DNA of 64,000 bases from the NCBI RefSeq assembly GCF_009914755.1, contig NC_060925.1. The stretch is one strand, 5' to 3'. The translations under genes and the position numbers were made by a program. Origin of the DNA: the human T2T-CHM13v2.0 reference genome, Homo sapiens. Below the pieces are notes generated by a model. The model ran no database searches. It was not told where the DNA came from and was given only the letters and a program-made list of their open reading frames with translations. Position 1 is the first letter of the stretch. Each line of letters starts with the position of its first letter. Shown here one piece after another: positions 45,461 through 61,099 of the stretch.

Positions 45461-46931
45461 GTACATTTAATGGAATACTGGAAATAAAGTACATTCAATG
45501 ATTGGATGTACTCATATTATTCTTATTCCTAATTCTATTTGTTCAATATTGAACAGAAGGTATTGACATAAATGTTATTGTTGGTATCCATATTTGAATA
45601 AAAACAAATTTAGAAGCATAAAAAAGATTTTAAAAATGTAAGCTTTAAGTCAGATGTTTCTGTTTTAATGTTTTGAATAGCATGAAGTTTTCAGTATAAA
45701 ATTTTTATACTTGTCAGGGATTCAAAGCAGTGAATTTTGAGACTCTTAAGATATTTCCAGTGAGTTAAGTGCTAGTTGGAGTTCTGATCTTTACCTAGAG
45801 GAAAGCTTTACTTATTAAAGTGTCAGTTTCTGTTTTAACTTCAGAGGCTTGCTGCTAGTGTTATTACACTGATGATCTGAAGCCTATCAGATGTTCTAAT
45901 GAGCAAGACTGTGTGTGTAGGTGTATATATAGATGTGTGTATGCGTGCGCTTGTGGCATCTTTGACTATTACAAATGACGAAAGTAATGATTCATTTATG
46001 ACTGGTAGACACAGTCTTTTAAAATGGTGATTTTGAGCATTTTTGGTGTTAAAGTTTTTAAAACATGATTGCATAGAGGCTACCAACATCATAAGTTGGT
46101 TGTTTTTCATTTCAATGCCCTTTTGAAATCTTTAACTACATTGTGATGCTCAGAAATAATATGCAGAATTTTTTGTGTCCTAAAATGGTATGTGAGTGGT
46201 TATACACTTTATATACTTTTCTGCCACTTTCTTTGGTGTGTTTTGTATTATATTTTCCACTTGTACCCACATTGGTGTGATTATCCCTGGTTTAATTCAT
46301 TTTACACTGTTCATTGTATTCCCTCATACCACTTTACCACATTTAGTTAGACTCTCCTGTTGCTGATAAATGAAGAAATAAAAAGAAAAATAATGTCAGA
46401 TTAAGAGGGCTTTTCTTTAATCGGTTTGTATCTATTAGCATTTACTATATGAGAGTTTAAACCTGAAAAGTTCAGAATACAAGCATACACCACCATATTT
46501 TATTAATACCCTTAGAACTCATGAGCCTTTAGCCTATGAAGTTAGCACAATTCATTTCTCTGAAGAAGAATGCTGGGCTGTTCTCAGAAAAGAAAACTGA
46601 AAATAGCAAATGATATTGTCTTATTTTACCTCTTGGACATCCTTGAATGAAACTGCTACTAAAGGGATACTCGGATCAAAATTCAGATCTAATGTTTTGA
46701 ACAATATAGTTTGTGAATGTCCAGTGATCATGAGCCCTTGATGGGGAAATGACCCTTCGAGTTTCACTTTTGCATTCTCTTTTCGTTGACTTGTCTTGAA
46801 AGCTTAAATTCAACTATTTTATTTTTACAGAAACCAGGAATATAACTTTTAAAATATATGTCTGTCCTGTCTCACGGTGTTGTGTACTCTTCAGATCTTG
46901 TATGAACATAGACTTATATGGGAAAAATTAG

Positions 46932-47234
46932 GTTGTTTGTTTATTTGTGTTTTTGAGACAGAGTCTTGCTCTGTCACCAAGGCTGGAGTGCAGTGGCTCA
47001 GTCTTGGCTCATTACCACCTCTGTCTCTCGGGTTCAAGCAATTCTCCTGCCTCAGCCCCTCGAGTAGCTGATACTACATGCACGTGCTACCATACCCTGC
47101 TAATTTTTCTATTTTTAGTAGAGATGGGGTTTCACCAGGTTGGCCAGGCTGCTCTTGAACTCCTGACCTCAGGTGATCTGCCCACCTCGGCTTGCCAATG
47201 TGCTGGGATTACAGGTGGGAGTCATTGTGCCAGC
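46932..47234 (-). mobile_element. Alu (Sx-like)
   Basis: Antisense dimer. Confidence 0.93.
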
Positions 47235-49004
47235 TACAAATAAGATTTTTAAGGCTATTATATTTTATACAATTCTTTGGTCTATGTGAATTCTGAAGGT
47301 ATTCATGCATTGAGGGAAGATTATCTCAGTTTAATGAAAGCAGTTTTTAATTTAACGTATATTCATTAAAATTTTTTTTGAAGTTTTTGTCTCTAGTACA
47401 CAGAAACACACAATAATGTCATGGATATTTGACCTTAATGTGTTTATGCACAAACTTAGTTATTCAAATATTTTCTTATACCTGAAGAATCTTAATTACT
47501 AATAAACAAATTTCTCATGGAAAACAACATATATAACAGAGATGGTTGAGTGATTGAAAGTAAACTGTAGTAAATACCAGAAGCTTAGAACAAGTTAAGT
47601 AAACTTGTCTGAGTTAATAGCAATTACAAGACTTTTAAAATACATTAGACCAAGGGGGAGTAGTGCATTTGTGGGGTAGAGGACAACCCCACACTGCTTC
47701 AGTGAAGAAAGAACTTTTACACCTTATTACAATTTGTATTATTATTTACATTCTAATAAATAAAAACTTTATTTTCAGATATTTTACATCATGTTTCTAC
47801 TAGTTGAACCATCAATAGTAAGACTTTTCAAAGATTTGGGAAGTTGTGAGTTGATGATAAATATCTGTATCACCATCAGTGATCAAAAATCAGACAGCAA
47901 CTACCACAGATTTTGGACACGCGAACTTCATAGTTAAAGAAAGGATTAATCTTGGAGCTGTGTTTCTATCAAGGAATTACACTCTTCTTTACCTGTGTGA
48001 ATCGCAGTTATTAGAGTAGCAAGAGAGCAAAGAAGGGAAAGAAGCATAGAAAATTTTATTATAGATTACCTCGTTTGGCTTCATGCTACCATAGTTCTGA
48101 CTTTTAAAAAGTCATTTTGTGGTCAAATGTACTTTGTGTTTACTCCCCTTATGCAGCCTACAACCAAACAGAATGGTTCTTAGCAAGGCATTTGTATTCT
48201 TCCCTTAAGGAAAGCAACATATAAATAACAAAGAGAATGAGAAGAAAGAGTGATTTCATTGAGGTTGGTATTTAACATAAATTTGAGTGCAGGTACCATG
48301 ATTATATTTAGAATTTTGCGGCTGGATGGGAAAACCAGCTAGATGTCTATAGATTTCCTACTCAAACACAATGTGCCTTTGTTTTACTTTTACGTCTCTA
48401 ATTTAGCAATTATTAGGTACAACTGTATGCAGTGTCACTAAAAATACCTCCCAAAACCAAATATTAAATAATGTCTATGGCTTTCTGTTTTATAGTGTTG
48501 ATTTTTGCAATATTAATGGGAACCACTTAGCATTTGCCTTGTGGTGTCTCCTCAGCTGTATTCACATATTCCATCACCTTTTCTTAATGGATAATCATGC
48601 ACTATGAGTAAGGGTTTTCAGAAAAGCTGTGTCTTTTAAAGATAACACAGGAGCATCAAATTTAATTCTGCTAGGACGCCTGGTCTACTGATTAACTGCA
48701 GCTAATATGAGGTCTACTTCACATCCAAGTTAAATTCAGTGCCCTTAATCAGTCATATGATGAGGTCAACAGTAATAAATTATGCAATATTTTTTCACCC
48801 ACCCCTATAGTTTTAATTTCTTTTTCCCCTTGTGTCTGTGTTTAACATTTTGCTTTGCAAAACATGATGATAATCTTCTAGAGTAGTGAGGACAAGCTAT
48901 AAATCCAAAGTTTCTTACCTATGCAAATGACTTGTTTGCTCTATTTTCTCATGAGCTTGGTAGATCCAGGAAACAGAACTTTTAAAACAAAATCCCCATA
49001 TATT

Positions 49005-49493
<489 letters not shown>

Positions 49494-49653
49494 TCAATAG
49501 AAATTCATTCTTATAATGGCCACTGATACCTATATCCTAAATATTTCTGAAAACATCTCCTCAGGCCTGCATCATCTTTGCAACATTGCCTTATATTTTA
49601 TCTTTGTTCATTGATTTATATGCCTCAGAATTTTATGCTCCTCACAGTATTTA

Positions 49654-50045
<392 letters not shown>

Positions 50046-50599
50046 AAGGAAAGGAAACTGATTTCTGCCCAAATCTCCATCTGTATCCCTTTCCCCAACT
50101 GCCTTTATCTCTGGAATTACTGAGATGCTGGTAATGGCCCCTCACCATTCCTCTTCTGCAGAGAAATACATACTCTCTTGGAGGCTTCTCTTCCTCTCTT
50201 GTTGCCGCCTGGCATGTGCTCACCCTTTCCTGCCCTCTGCCTCACTTAATCTGGCTAACCTCACTCTCTAAGTCTCAGCTCATGGGTGATCTTTAGGAAA
50301 GCCATCCCTGACAGCTTCTATTTTCCTTCCTTATTCCCCAGTGCCTAACACTTAGCAGGAACTCAATAAGTAATTATTTAGCAAAATTAAGACTGTTTAT
50401 ACAAAGATGATTCAAAAGATTGTCCTCTACAGTCTAGCAGCAAAGGGGGTCAACATGTAAAGACATGATGTGCAGGTCAGGTGGTAAAGTGACACTAGAA
50501 AAATTGACAAGGTACTAAGGGACCCCAACGAAGCAGACACCTGTGTGTGTGGAGAAAGATAGCTAGAATCAAGGAAGATTTCACATAGCATTCTGAGCC

Positions 50600-50893
50600 T
50601 TTTTTTCTTCCTCTTCTTGGAGACAAGTTCTTACTCTATCACCCAGGATTGGAGTGCAATGGCATGATTGAGACTCACTGAAACCTCAGACTTCTGGGCT
50701 CGAGGGATCTTCTCATCTAAGCTTCTTGAGTAGCGGGGACAACAGGAACATATCACCATACCTGTCTAATTTTTTGTAGAGTCAAGGTTACCTATGGTTC
50801 CCAGGCTGGTCTTAAACTCTTGGCCTTGAGCAATTCTCCCATTTTGGCCTTCCAAAGTGCTGGGATTACAGATGTGAGCTATTATGCCCAGCC
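50600..50893 (-). mobile_element. Alu (J-like)
   Basis: Diverged antisense dimer. Confidence 0.88.
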
Positions 50894-51410
50894 TACTTTC
50901 TGAGTCTTAAAAGATGAAAATAAATTTTTCAGAATAGCAGGGGAAAACATTTGTGATGTAAAAAATGGGGTGCACACTAATTGAGGTATAAACAACAATA
51001 ATTTTGCAAATTATTAGTAACTGCCAACTCAATTAGTGTCTTGTTAAAAAGATACTGTTATGAAGTATAGTAAAGCATTACATTGTATATTTTGACTGTA
51101 TTTCAAATTTCTGTTTTGTTTCCAACAGTTTTGTTGACTTATGTTGGGTGGAACAATTTGTGAGTGACCCTGAGATTTTGCATGGCTTGAATCTGGTGAT
51201 ATCTGGTGTCTCCCCAAGTGGTTTGTTGAAGTTTTGGATAATTAGAAGTATTTCTTACAGAAGTAAATATTTCAGTAAACATTGTTTCATTCAAACTCTC
51301 AAAATATAAAATACAAAGAAATGTTATTCTCTATTTATTTTTATAAAGATTATAGTCTTTATCTAACTCTTCTTAGTTCATTTGAACTAAATCAATGAAT
51401 TTGTCAACAG

Positions 51411-51481
51411 AACAAACCTTACCAGTGGCTTTAGAGGAAGAGCAAGAAAGGTGTGAAAGAAGTGAAAAGAAGCAATCACAG
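51411..51481 (+). pseudogene. ANKRD20A: ANKRD20A-like exon (71 nt; EQTLPVALEEEQERCERSEKKQSQ)
   Basis: tgtcaacag|aacaaacc...tcacag|gtatat. Confidence 0.88.
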
Positions 51482-52681
51482 GTATATGAAAATTTAAGTT
51501 CTTGTTTAATATTAGTTTTTTTTTTGCTTTACTAACAAAGCACAGTCCAAATGACATGACCTTTCAGACTATACCTTTAGAATCCAATAGATCATAATTT
51601 TATATTTAATTTTTAAAACATCTTAACCAGTTATGAAACTTAAGATATTCTTACTATCTCTAGTAACTATTAGTTATTCTAGTAATTCTTAGTATCTCTA
51701 GTAACTCATAGTTGTCTTTACCCTTGGAATTGAGGCAAGAAATTTTCAGAATTATCTTGCTGTTTTATTTATGTAACCTTACTCATAATACACAAGGTAA
51801 CATGAAGTATTGGGTCATATTACTGAGGAATAGAAATTATGAACAGTTTAACAACAATGACCACTGAGTTAAACTAGTGTTAAAGGAATCATCATTGCCA
51901 GTGTTTCAAATGTTGCAGTTTTATATTGCTGGTCACCAGTGCCGAGGTTAAAGATTTATTCTGTTTTGTGGTCACCAGCTGACTTCTGTGTCTGTGTTCA
52001 GGGAGTGAATGGGGTCATAAAAGTCAATGCAGTTGCCCATTAAGAGAATCCTACCTTGCAGAATGGGACCTTTGGTGTCAGGGTGTGAACAATAACTTTA
52101 TTTCAACATAAATACATAGTAAACATTACTAAAATTTAAAAAATCCAAACCCTATCACTACCGGAACTTAAAATATATTAGAAGTGGATATAAGCAGAAA
52201 TTCTATCTAGATACATAACACTATCATAGTATATCATTTGAATTAGAATTTAAAATTTTGCTTCTCTTTCTTATTGGTGTTCAGTTTAGCTCTTAATAAT
52301 TTAGTGTTTGCCTAGTGCTCTAGTTAATCTTCAGAAATAAACATGCACTGTAGGGGCTCACTCTTTCTGATATGCTGAGGTAAAGTCTTTGTAAGAGAGG
52401 AAGCTTTTATAATACTACCTATCATCTTTGAATTCATTTCTGGTAGATTTTACACAAATGCATTAAGTTTAGTCCAAACAGACACTAAGAGTTCAGCTTG
52501 CTGTTTCATATTTCTGTCCTATGTTAAGCCAAGGCAAACTATTTTTCACTTTTTAGTTACAATCCAATAATTTAAGAGTAGCAACACATAGATTAAGTTT
52601 CACAGTTAAATTTTAATTATTTTCTAATATTTCTTTGTTTATACTTGATTAAAGCTAATTTTAAAACATGCACTCTGACAG

Positions 52682-53786
52682 AAAAGACATCTGAGAAACA
52701 AAACAAGCAAATTTGTTTTCCATTTTGCACCTGCCCCCCCCCAAAAAAAAGTCTCAAGAACCAGAACTGGGTAAGAACAGTGATAAAGGGAATCAATCTA
52801 TATATTCATGACTTTCTTTAAAATTCATTACAAACAAGTTCAAGCTGAATATTGGTAAAAGTTCTGAAAACTCCAAAATTACTGCTTGCCCTGAGGAAGA
52901 GCTCCTACATGGTAACTCTAAAGAGGGATGAACAAAAAAGGAGTGCCCTCTAGTCTGATGAATCATGTCCTTGATTGTGAGGAGAAAAATGTATCTGGAG
53001 GGTCTAGCTCTGTGGCAGTCCAGGCAGCGCCTGAACAGAGGAAGCCCATGTCAAATGTCTTTTTATTCCATTCACACTCCAGGTCCCTGAAATACACTTA
53101 CCAGTCATCTTCTAAGCTTCATTTAAATTAAAATAAATCAGACTATAAAAATGATAACAAACCAGACACACAGCTTGTTTCTAACACAGATGATGAAAAT
53201 TTTTGTTATGATATAGAAACTGAAAAAGTAAGGAACCCAGTAATTATGATTGAAATGAAAGATGATTAAGAGTTTGACATGCAAATGGAAAAATATATAA
53301 ACCCAAATACCACTAATTGGAAATTAGACATTAGGCATTGGTCTCAGTCTAGAGATCCAGAAAGTCTTTTTGATTTGTGGTTTACCCACCCCAAAGAAAT
53401 GAAGCATATGATTCAGATAGAAAGTCACAGTATTTCTGCTGCTACAGATACTTATAAAAACAGAAAACCAACACAGTGCTTATTCCAGAAGCCGCTGTAT
53501 GACAATCCCAGTGTTAATAACTACAAAACCATGAATCTTGAATTATAAAATGCGGGTTATTCTTTGCCACATAGTGAGAGAACATCAAAAATATAGCTAG
53601 AAGACTTACAGCAAGATATTCCAAGGTCACTAACATAGCACATGTATACATACGTAACAAACCTGCACATTGTGCACATGTACCAGAACTTAAAGTATAA
53701 TAATAGTAAAAAGAATGAGGTAGGCATGTTACAAGTAGAGTTCCTGGCTTTGGAGAAAGAGAAAGTCCAACTTCAAAAAGACAGAG
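52682..53786 (+). pseudogene. Degenerate large exon homologous to the CCDC144/ANKRD26 family, inside an ANKRD20A intron
   Basis: Broken frames read SQEPELGK, ACPEEELL, QSSSKLHLN*NKSDYKNDNKP, KVRNPVIMIEMKDD*EFDMQM, VNNYKTM, EDLQQD..KNEVGMLQVEFLALEKEKVQLQKD, resembling recalled CCDC144A. Confidence 0.75.
53627..53712 (+). mobile_element. Very short L1PA 3'-terminal insertion
   Basis: acatagcacatgtatacatacgtaacaaacctgcacattgtgcacatgtacc.agaacttaaagtataataat. Confidence 0.9.
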
Positions 53787-55533
53787 GTTCACTTGCTGCT
53801 TCTTTTTTCTCTTTATCAATTATTTGATTTAGTCAAATTTTCTATTCAAGAAAATCTCATGTGTACAGTTACAGCGGGGTTTTCTAAATGTGTAATTATG
53901 TGTCAAAGTAGATTAGTCCTGCTATCTAAACAACGGTCCTGGAGAATGTTCTCATAATGTTTCTTCATTAATCAACCTAAGTCTCACTCTCAGTCTTCCA
54001 AGTGGCATATGAGCTGGGAAACTAATTCAGCCATATACCATGTCACCTTCTGAACCAGATCAACATAAAGAAATTGCTAAAGAAATAAGCTTTAGATTCT
54101 AGATTCTTTTTCCTGTATTCATTTAGAGATGAATTACATTTATTTAATGATAGAATGGGAATACAATGGGAGGGAAGCAATGACTGAGATGAGCCACAAA
54201 AACACGTCTAGCCTTGAGAGTTGCAATGAATATTCCCAGCCAAATGAGTCTGTTTAATGTGTTTTCATGCACGCCAGTTTATCTGCTTAGCTCAAACTGT
54301 TTGAATTTATAGTTCCATCATGGTTATTTCCAATATTTTGAAAACAAATATATACTTCCACATATTTTAAAAAATCACCACTCCAATATTTCTGTTGAAT
54401 CAGACCTTACATTATGTTGTTTAATAAAGTATGGTAAGTTTTGGCAAGTATGATTTTTATCATGTAAGAAAGAAGCATAATTTCTTAGCTAAAAATTTAG
54501 CCTTTGACTCTTTAGTAGAAAGTTGAGTTCTGTACATTGTGTTCTAAAGATAGGCAAAAATCTAGAGATTTTCTTCTTTCAAAGTAAAAGCAGATGAGGC
54601 CTTTTTCCACCCTCTGAGGTGTTAAATTGCTTTGCTCAGGTTAGACTTTTAATATATCTGACTAATTTGATAAATTTATCTGGTAATTTATGTAATTCAG
54701 CAATATGGAATTGTATCATGCTATTTGGTGCCGTGAAATGCTAGGGAATGCCACCTCAAGAGCTCTGGATGAAACATTTCATATGTCTTGGTTGGTTTGA
54801 CTCCCATTTTCAGTAGATAATGGAGCTATAGTAGATAAGTGTACCGTTTGTTTTCCACCTATAAACGTTTGTGGTAATTGAATGTGAAATCTGGGAAGCA
54901 TCTCGTTTTCCAGAATTCTGCACTAGAAACTCAGCAGTTTCACTCTGCTTCTTGTGTTGTGACAAACATTGGTTCCCATAGTTCAGGGAGAACTTTCACT
55001 TTTTTGATATCCCAGGATCCAAAAAAAAAAAAAAAAAGAGAGATAAAAGGCAGTAGGGAAAAGAATAGCTCAGTGCAGAAAAGGAAAACTTCTTTACTCT
55101 TCCTGAAGGCCTACAAGGTCACATCCTCTTAATCTGGCTATTTCATGTAAAATCCAGGTGGCAATGACAGAAGATATATGTTATGCCTGTGTCTTTTTAT
55201 TTCTCTGTTTCTGCCAGTCAGATAGCCTAAACATTTATATCAGATAGCAAAGAGTGGATGCGAATAAAAGCACAAAATGGAGAAGAGTCCTTTTTGAAAT
55301 TTTGGAAAATTATACCATTCACTCAAACAGAAATGAGCAGACTTGACAAAAATTTCAATGATAAAATGATAAGTATCTTATAATTATTATGTATAATGAT
55401 AAAATTAAAGTAAGCACAAAATACTTTTATCATTAAAATGGTGATAGTTAACCTGAATCAAGTGAAAAAATCAGGGAAAAAGTTTTTTTATTGAATAAAA
55501 TAATAATTATTATTCATATTACTTTTATTAAAG

Positions 55534-55697
55534 GTCAAAGAAGGAAATAATACAAACAAAAGTGAAAAAATACAACTATCAGAAAATGTATGTCATAGTA
55601 CATCTTCTGCTGCTGCTGACAGATTAACCAAACAAAGAAAGGTTGGGAAAACGTATCCTCAGCAATTTCCCAAGAAACTGAAGAAAGAGCATGATAG
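55534..55697 (+). pseudogene. ANKRD20A: ANKRD20A-like exon (164 nt; VKEGNNTNKSEKIQLSE...KKEHD)
   Basis: ttattaaag|gtcaaa...catgatag|gtaagt; frame open. Confidence 0.9.
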
Positions 55698-55719
55698 GTA
55701 AGTAAGCCTATAGCAGTGT

Positions 55720-56038
<319 letters not shown>

Positions 56039-56149
56039 ACCTATAGCAGTATTTCTCAGCAGATAATTGTAATTGTGCTATAAACTAATTCAAAATTGGA
56101 CTAATGTTCCTTATGATTAACAAGTTTTATAGTTTTACCAGGGATATTT

Positions 56150-56420
56150 AGCCCTGCCTGGTAATCAGAAAAATGCAAATTAACATAAAATAAGATATAT
56201 TTTGTAAAGTCATGCTGATATTGAAAAAGTAATTACTACCATTGAAAATGTGAGGAAAAAGGCATTCTCATACACTGTTGGTATATGAAATTGGTAAATT
56301 ATTTCTGAAGGGTAACTTAGTGCTGTGTATCAAAATTTCAAATAACCTGACATCCCTTTAACTCATCAACTCCACTTCTGGGACTAGATTTCACAGGAAA
56401 ACATAACTTGTGTAAACATA
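56150..56420 (+). mobile_element. Old LINE-1 (L1ME-like) fragment
   Basis: taatcagaaaaatgcaaattaa, ggcattctcatacactgttggt..aaattggta. Confidence 0.65.
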
Positions 56421-57084
56421 CACACACTTATTAAGGGCATTAATTATATATTACACATAATGAACAATAGCTTAATAAATATATAAAATATATGTAATAA
56501 GAAGGTGAATTGGAAGTATTAAGAAAGAATTATAAAAAGTGTGGGGTAACAGATGTTAGACTCTTTAGCCTAGTTTTAGATGACAATCATCTACAGATAT
56601 AGTTTGTGTGAGAGACATCTTACTGTGTAAATCATTTGGAGAGACACATACAATATTTCATAGAGATGAAAATTTATTTCTAGTGAACTTACACGCTTGT
56701 CAATAAATAGTAACTTTAAAAATTTAGTTGATTGTAAATGATCTTTTCTAATCGGGGAGTAATTATGACTGTGTGATTTGAAAAGGTAATTTTGAACTTC
56801 TAACTATACTGAATTATTTCCAGTATCCTTTTTTATAATACATACTAGAGTGACTAGTAACAAAAACTTTAGCAGAATATTCTTTCCTTACTACTTTTCA
56901 AGTATATACATTCGTTTGAAGATGTTGGAGTGAGAAATTAAATATCTGAGAACTACAAAGGAAAAATAATCCAGAACATAGAAATTTTATTAGGATGATA
57001 AATAGCATCTGCAGAGGTAGATTACAGGATGATCTCTTTGTTTTTTAACAAAATGAATTTTAAGATAAATGTCTTTATCTGCAG

Positions 57085-57264
57085 ATGCATCTTAAGACAA
57101 GAAAGTGAAGAAAAAACAAATGTTAATATGCTGTACAAAAAAATAGAGAAGAATTAGAAAGGAAAGAGAAACAATATAAGAAAGAAGTTGAAGCGAAACA
57201 ACTTGAACCAACTGTTCAATCACTAGACATGAAACTGAAGACTACAAGAAATACTCCAAATCAG
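57085..57264 (+). pseudogene. ANKRD20A: ANKRD20A-like exon with -1 frameshift and lost donor
   Basis: ctgcag|atgcatc; A7 where KKN needs A8 (~57137-57143); exon end cag|ataaat (GT>AT). Confidence 0.88.
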
Positions 57265-58439
57265 ATAAATCAATCTTTGGTAAAAATTCTATATTTTAAA
57301 CTTTATTTTTTCAATGTCACTTATAATATCTTCTTGATTTAATATATAATATTTTGGTATAAAACAAACCAGAAATGTTATCTCATTTTCAAAAAATGAA
57401 TGATGACACTTACAGGTACAATTATTAATATTTATTATAAATCTTGGCATCCACATAGGATATTATTTTATTACAAAGAGCTTTTGAAAACAATAATATG
57501 CCATAATATATACTTAGTGATAACCTATTGATAAAGATTTTGTTCCCAGTAAAATTGTTCCTTGTACTTCCAGCTATTTCATATTGATTACTGTACCTAA
57601 TACTATAAAGAGGAAATAAATTATTGCAATCACAAATAATCTCATGATATTCTAAGAAGAGCTCTATAAATTTTATCTTATTTACCATTGGTGTTTTGAA
57701 AGAAAACTTTTCTTTCTTATTGATACTTTTACACCACAGAAGTAACTGTGATCTGTCAGAGAACTAGAAGTAGAGTCAGAAGTCCTGGGGAAAATCCTGT
57801 AGCTTGCTTATATTTTTAACATTTCTTTTTCAAAATTGTGGTAACTAGATGAGTTCATCAATGAATGTATACAGGAGTGACTAGTATAATGTCTAGATTT
57901 ATGATTTAGTAAATGTAATTCTTACAACTGACTATAAAAGTGTTAAAAGAGTCAAATTGAAATAGAATGTTATCAGTGAAACAGAACTGTAGTAACTCTG
58001 GGAAATTTTATCTGTCCAAATACGTGTGAAGTAAGGTTCTTACTATAGGGTAGTGTATGGGTTAGATATCAAAGTGTAAATGCAATTTTTTGATATATTT
58101 TAATTTAGTCAAATTTGTTAATGCTTTAATTTATGCTTTTGAGTTTGTTGTAATTCAGGGAAAGGCTTTTCCAATTCTGAAATTCTTAAAAATTCTCTGG
58201 TGTGCGTGTGTGTGTGTGTTTACTTTTATAAATTCATTGACTTTAAATAAGTTTCTGAACTTTTTTGAACTTATGCTCTATAAGGTTCAAAGTTTTGCTT
58301 CAACTTTTTCTCCAGTTGGATATCCACTTACAGTAACCTTTTTAGTATATGGACGTGCAGGTTATTCTTTAACTTCAGAGGTAATCATGATATGTTATTT
58401 TATTGAGTACTAGCTAAAACTTTCTTTTGTTTTATTTAG

Positions 58440-59411
58440 GATTTTCGTAATCACGAAGAAATGAAAGATCTGATGGATGAAAATTGAATTTTGAAGACAG
58501 ATATTGCTATACTCAGACAGGAAATATGCACAATGAAAAATGACAACCTGGAAAAAGAAAATAAATATCTTAAGGACGTTAAAATTGTTAAAAAAACAAA
58601 TGCTGCCCTTGAAAAGTATATAAAACTCAATGAGGAATTGATAACAAAAACAGCATTCCGGTATCAACAAGAGCTTAGTGATCTCAAAGCTGAGAATACA
58701 AGGCTCAATTCCGAACTGTTGAAGGAAGAAGAAAGCAACAAAAGACTGGAAGCTGAAATTGAATCATCAGTCTAGACTGACTGCTGCTATAAGTAAACAC
58801 AGTGAAAGTGTGAAAACAGAAAGAAACCTAAAACTTGCATTAGAGTGAACACAAGATGTTTCCGTACAAGTAAAAATCAGTTCTGATATTTCCGAAGTAG
58901 AAGATACGAATGAGTTTCTTACTGAACAACTTTCTAAAACGCAAATTAAATTCAATACCTTAAAAGATAAGTTCCGTAAGAAAAGAGATACTCTCAGAAA
59001 AAAGTCATTGGCTTTAGAAACTCTCCAAACGACCTAAGCCAAACACAGCAGCAAATAAAGGAAATGAAAGAGATGTATGAAAATGCAGAAGCTAAAGTGA
59101 ATAATTCCACTGGAAAGTGGAGCTGTGTAGAAGAGAGGATATGTCAACTCCAACATGAAAATCCGTGCATTGAACAGCAACTAGATGATGTTCATCAGAA
59201 AGAGGATCATAAAGAGATAGTAACTAATATCCAAAGAGGCTTTATTGAGAGTGGAAAGAAAGACCTCATGCTAGAAGAGAAAAATAAGAAGCTAATGAAT
59301 GAATGTGATCATTTAAAAGAAAGTCTCTTTCAATATGAGAGAGAGAAAGCAGAAAGAGTAGTAAGTATCAAGGAAGATAAATATTTTCAAACTTTTAGAA
59401 AGAAAATTTAA
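58440..59411 (+). pseudogene. ANKRD20A: ANKRD20A-like large coiled-coil exon, disabled
   Basis: DFRNHEEMKDLMDEN* (TGA 58485), frameshift ~58765, TGA 58846, frameshift ~59028; ends EDKYFQTFRKKI*; accounts for ORFs 58491-58775 and 59064-59411. Confidence 0.93.
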
Positions 59412-59454
59412 ACATTTGGTTCTGGATACATGTTGAACTTAGTTGAATATAAAA

Positions 59455-59760
59455 ATCAATGGATAAAAAGTGTGTTCACCATACTGTATAATTCCATTTA
59501 CATGAAGCATCCAGAAAAGATAAATGTATAGGGAAAAAAGTAGACTAATGTTTGCAAAGGGCTGGGGCTGAAAGCTGGTAGTGACTGCTAATGGGCGTGA
59601 GGGATCTTGCAGTGATGGAAATGCTGTAAAGTTGGATTGTAGAGATGGCTGCACAACTCAGTAAATGGACTAAAAAATCTTTTAACATTAAGTTAAAACA
59701 GATACATTCTATAGTATGTAAATTATATTTCTACAAAGCTGTTTTAATAAAAAAAAAGGA
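59455..59760 (+). mobile_element. LINE-1 (L1MB-like) 3' end with AATAAA at 59746-59751
   Basis: catactgtataattccatttacatgaa..tccagaaaag, gatggctgcacaactc.gtaaat..actaaaaa, aattatat..aaagctg. Confidence 0.8.
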
Positions 59761-60479
59761 AAACCGTGTTTACTATACCAGCTTAGAAACGTGCCTCATT
59801 TCTAGGAAATAAAAGGTAGAGGTGAGAGATGATTTACTTTGAGAAAAGACATTGTGTCACCTATGAAATTTTATTAGGCACAGAGTCATATTTTAAGGTA
59901 GATAGTTCTGTACTGCTGAAATAATAATTTTAATGACTTTATGTTGCCACATGTTAAGACCATAATGTAAGTATAAATGGAAATGTTTACACCTGAAATG
60001 AGTATTTTCAAATTAAAATTTAACTGATTTTCTTTGACACTTAATTCTAGATTTCCCAGATGAACTGAAGTGTATTGCTGTGTCTTGTAATACCTTGCTT
60101 TAAGTAACTTTTTATGTATTTTAGTTGGTATATCTTTGTTATTAATCATATTAATTTAACAAATCTGAAAATATGTCAAATTACATATTTTTATGACTAT
60201 GTAATGTTATAAAGACACCTGCTTGTTATAAAATCATAATTTAGGATACATGTGGTAATATTTAGCAAAACTATATTTGGTTTAGTCTTCCCACTGGTAT
60301 TTATAGTTTACTTTGAATATTTATATTAATAATTAGCTCCTAATTTTTATTTCAAGGCTCAATGACTATCATTGGAATATAATTTTGTTCAGTACAAAGA
60401 TACTTGTAGCTGCCTGTGATTTATGAGTAAGGCATTAGATCCCTATTTTCAGACTGAGGGGTGGCAGGCTTCACGTACA

Positions 60480-60740
60480 GTGGGAATGGAGTAATTACAG
60501 GAGGGAGTTGTAGGACCTTTGAAGTCAGAGAGAGAGGTAGAGACCTGTTTACCTAGGACCTCAAAGGCCATTGGAATTTTACTTTTATTCTGAGATAGGA
60601 ATCTGTTGGAAGGATTTGAACAGGTGATTGAATATGTCAGGAACTTTGAGGTTGAGTTGAGCTTCTAAGATGATTGAATGGTGGGATGAATCTGTTATGT
60701 AAGTAAGAGAATACCAACTTGGCAGGAAGAGAACATATTG
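60480..60740 (-). mobile_element. LINE-2 fragment
   Basis: aggccattggaattttacttttattctgagataggaatctgttggaaggatttgaacagg. Confidence 0.55.
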
Positions 60741-60895
60741 TGCATCCCTCTCTGAATTCAGTAATAAATAAAAATGTGTACATGTGATTAAAAGAAGGTG
60801 AATTGATATGTGTGGTGATAATTTTCAAAGTAGGTATGTTAGAGTTAAATATTATTAACATAATTTAATAATAAGGCAATTTATAAAATCAGTAA

Positions 60896-61099
<204 letters not shown>

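Noticed and set aside
58491-59411. 94-aa and 115-aa coiled-coil ORFs as a functional ANKRD20A CDS
   Set aside because: Pieces of one exon separated by stops and frameshifts; upstream donor lost and ankyrin exons absent.
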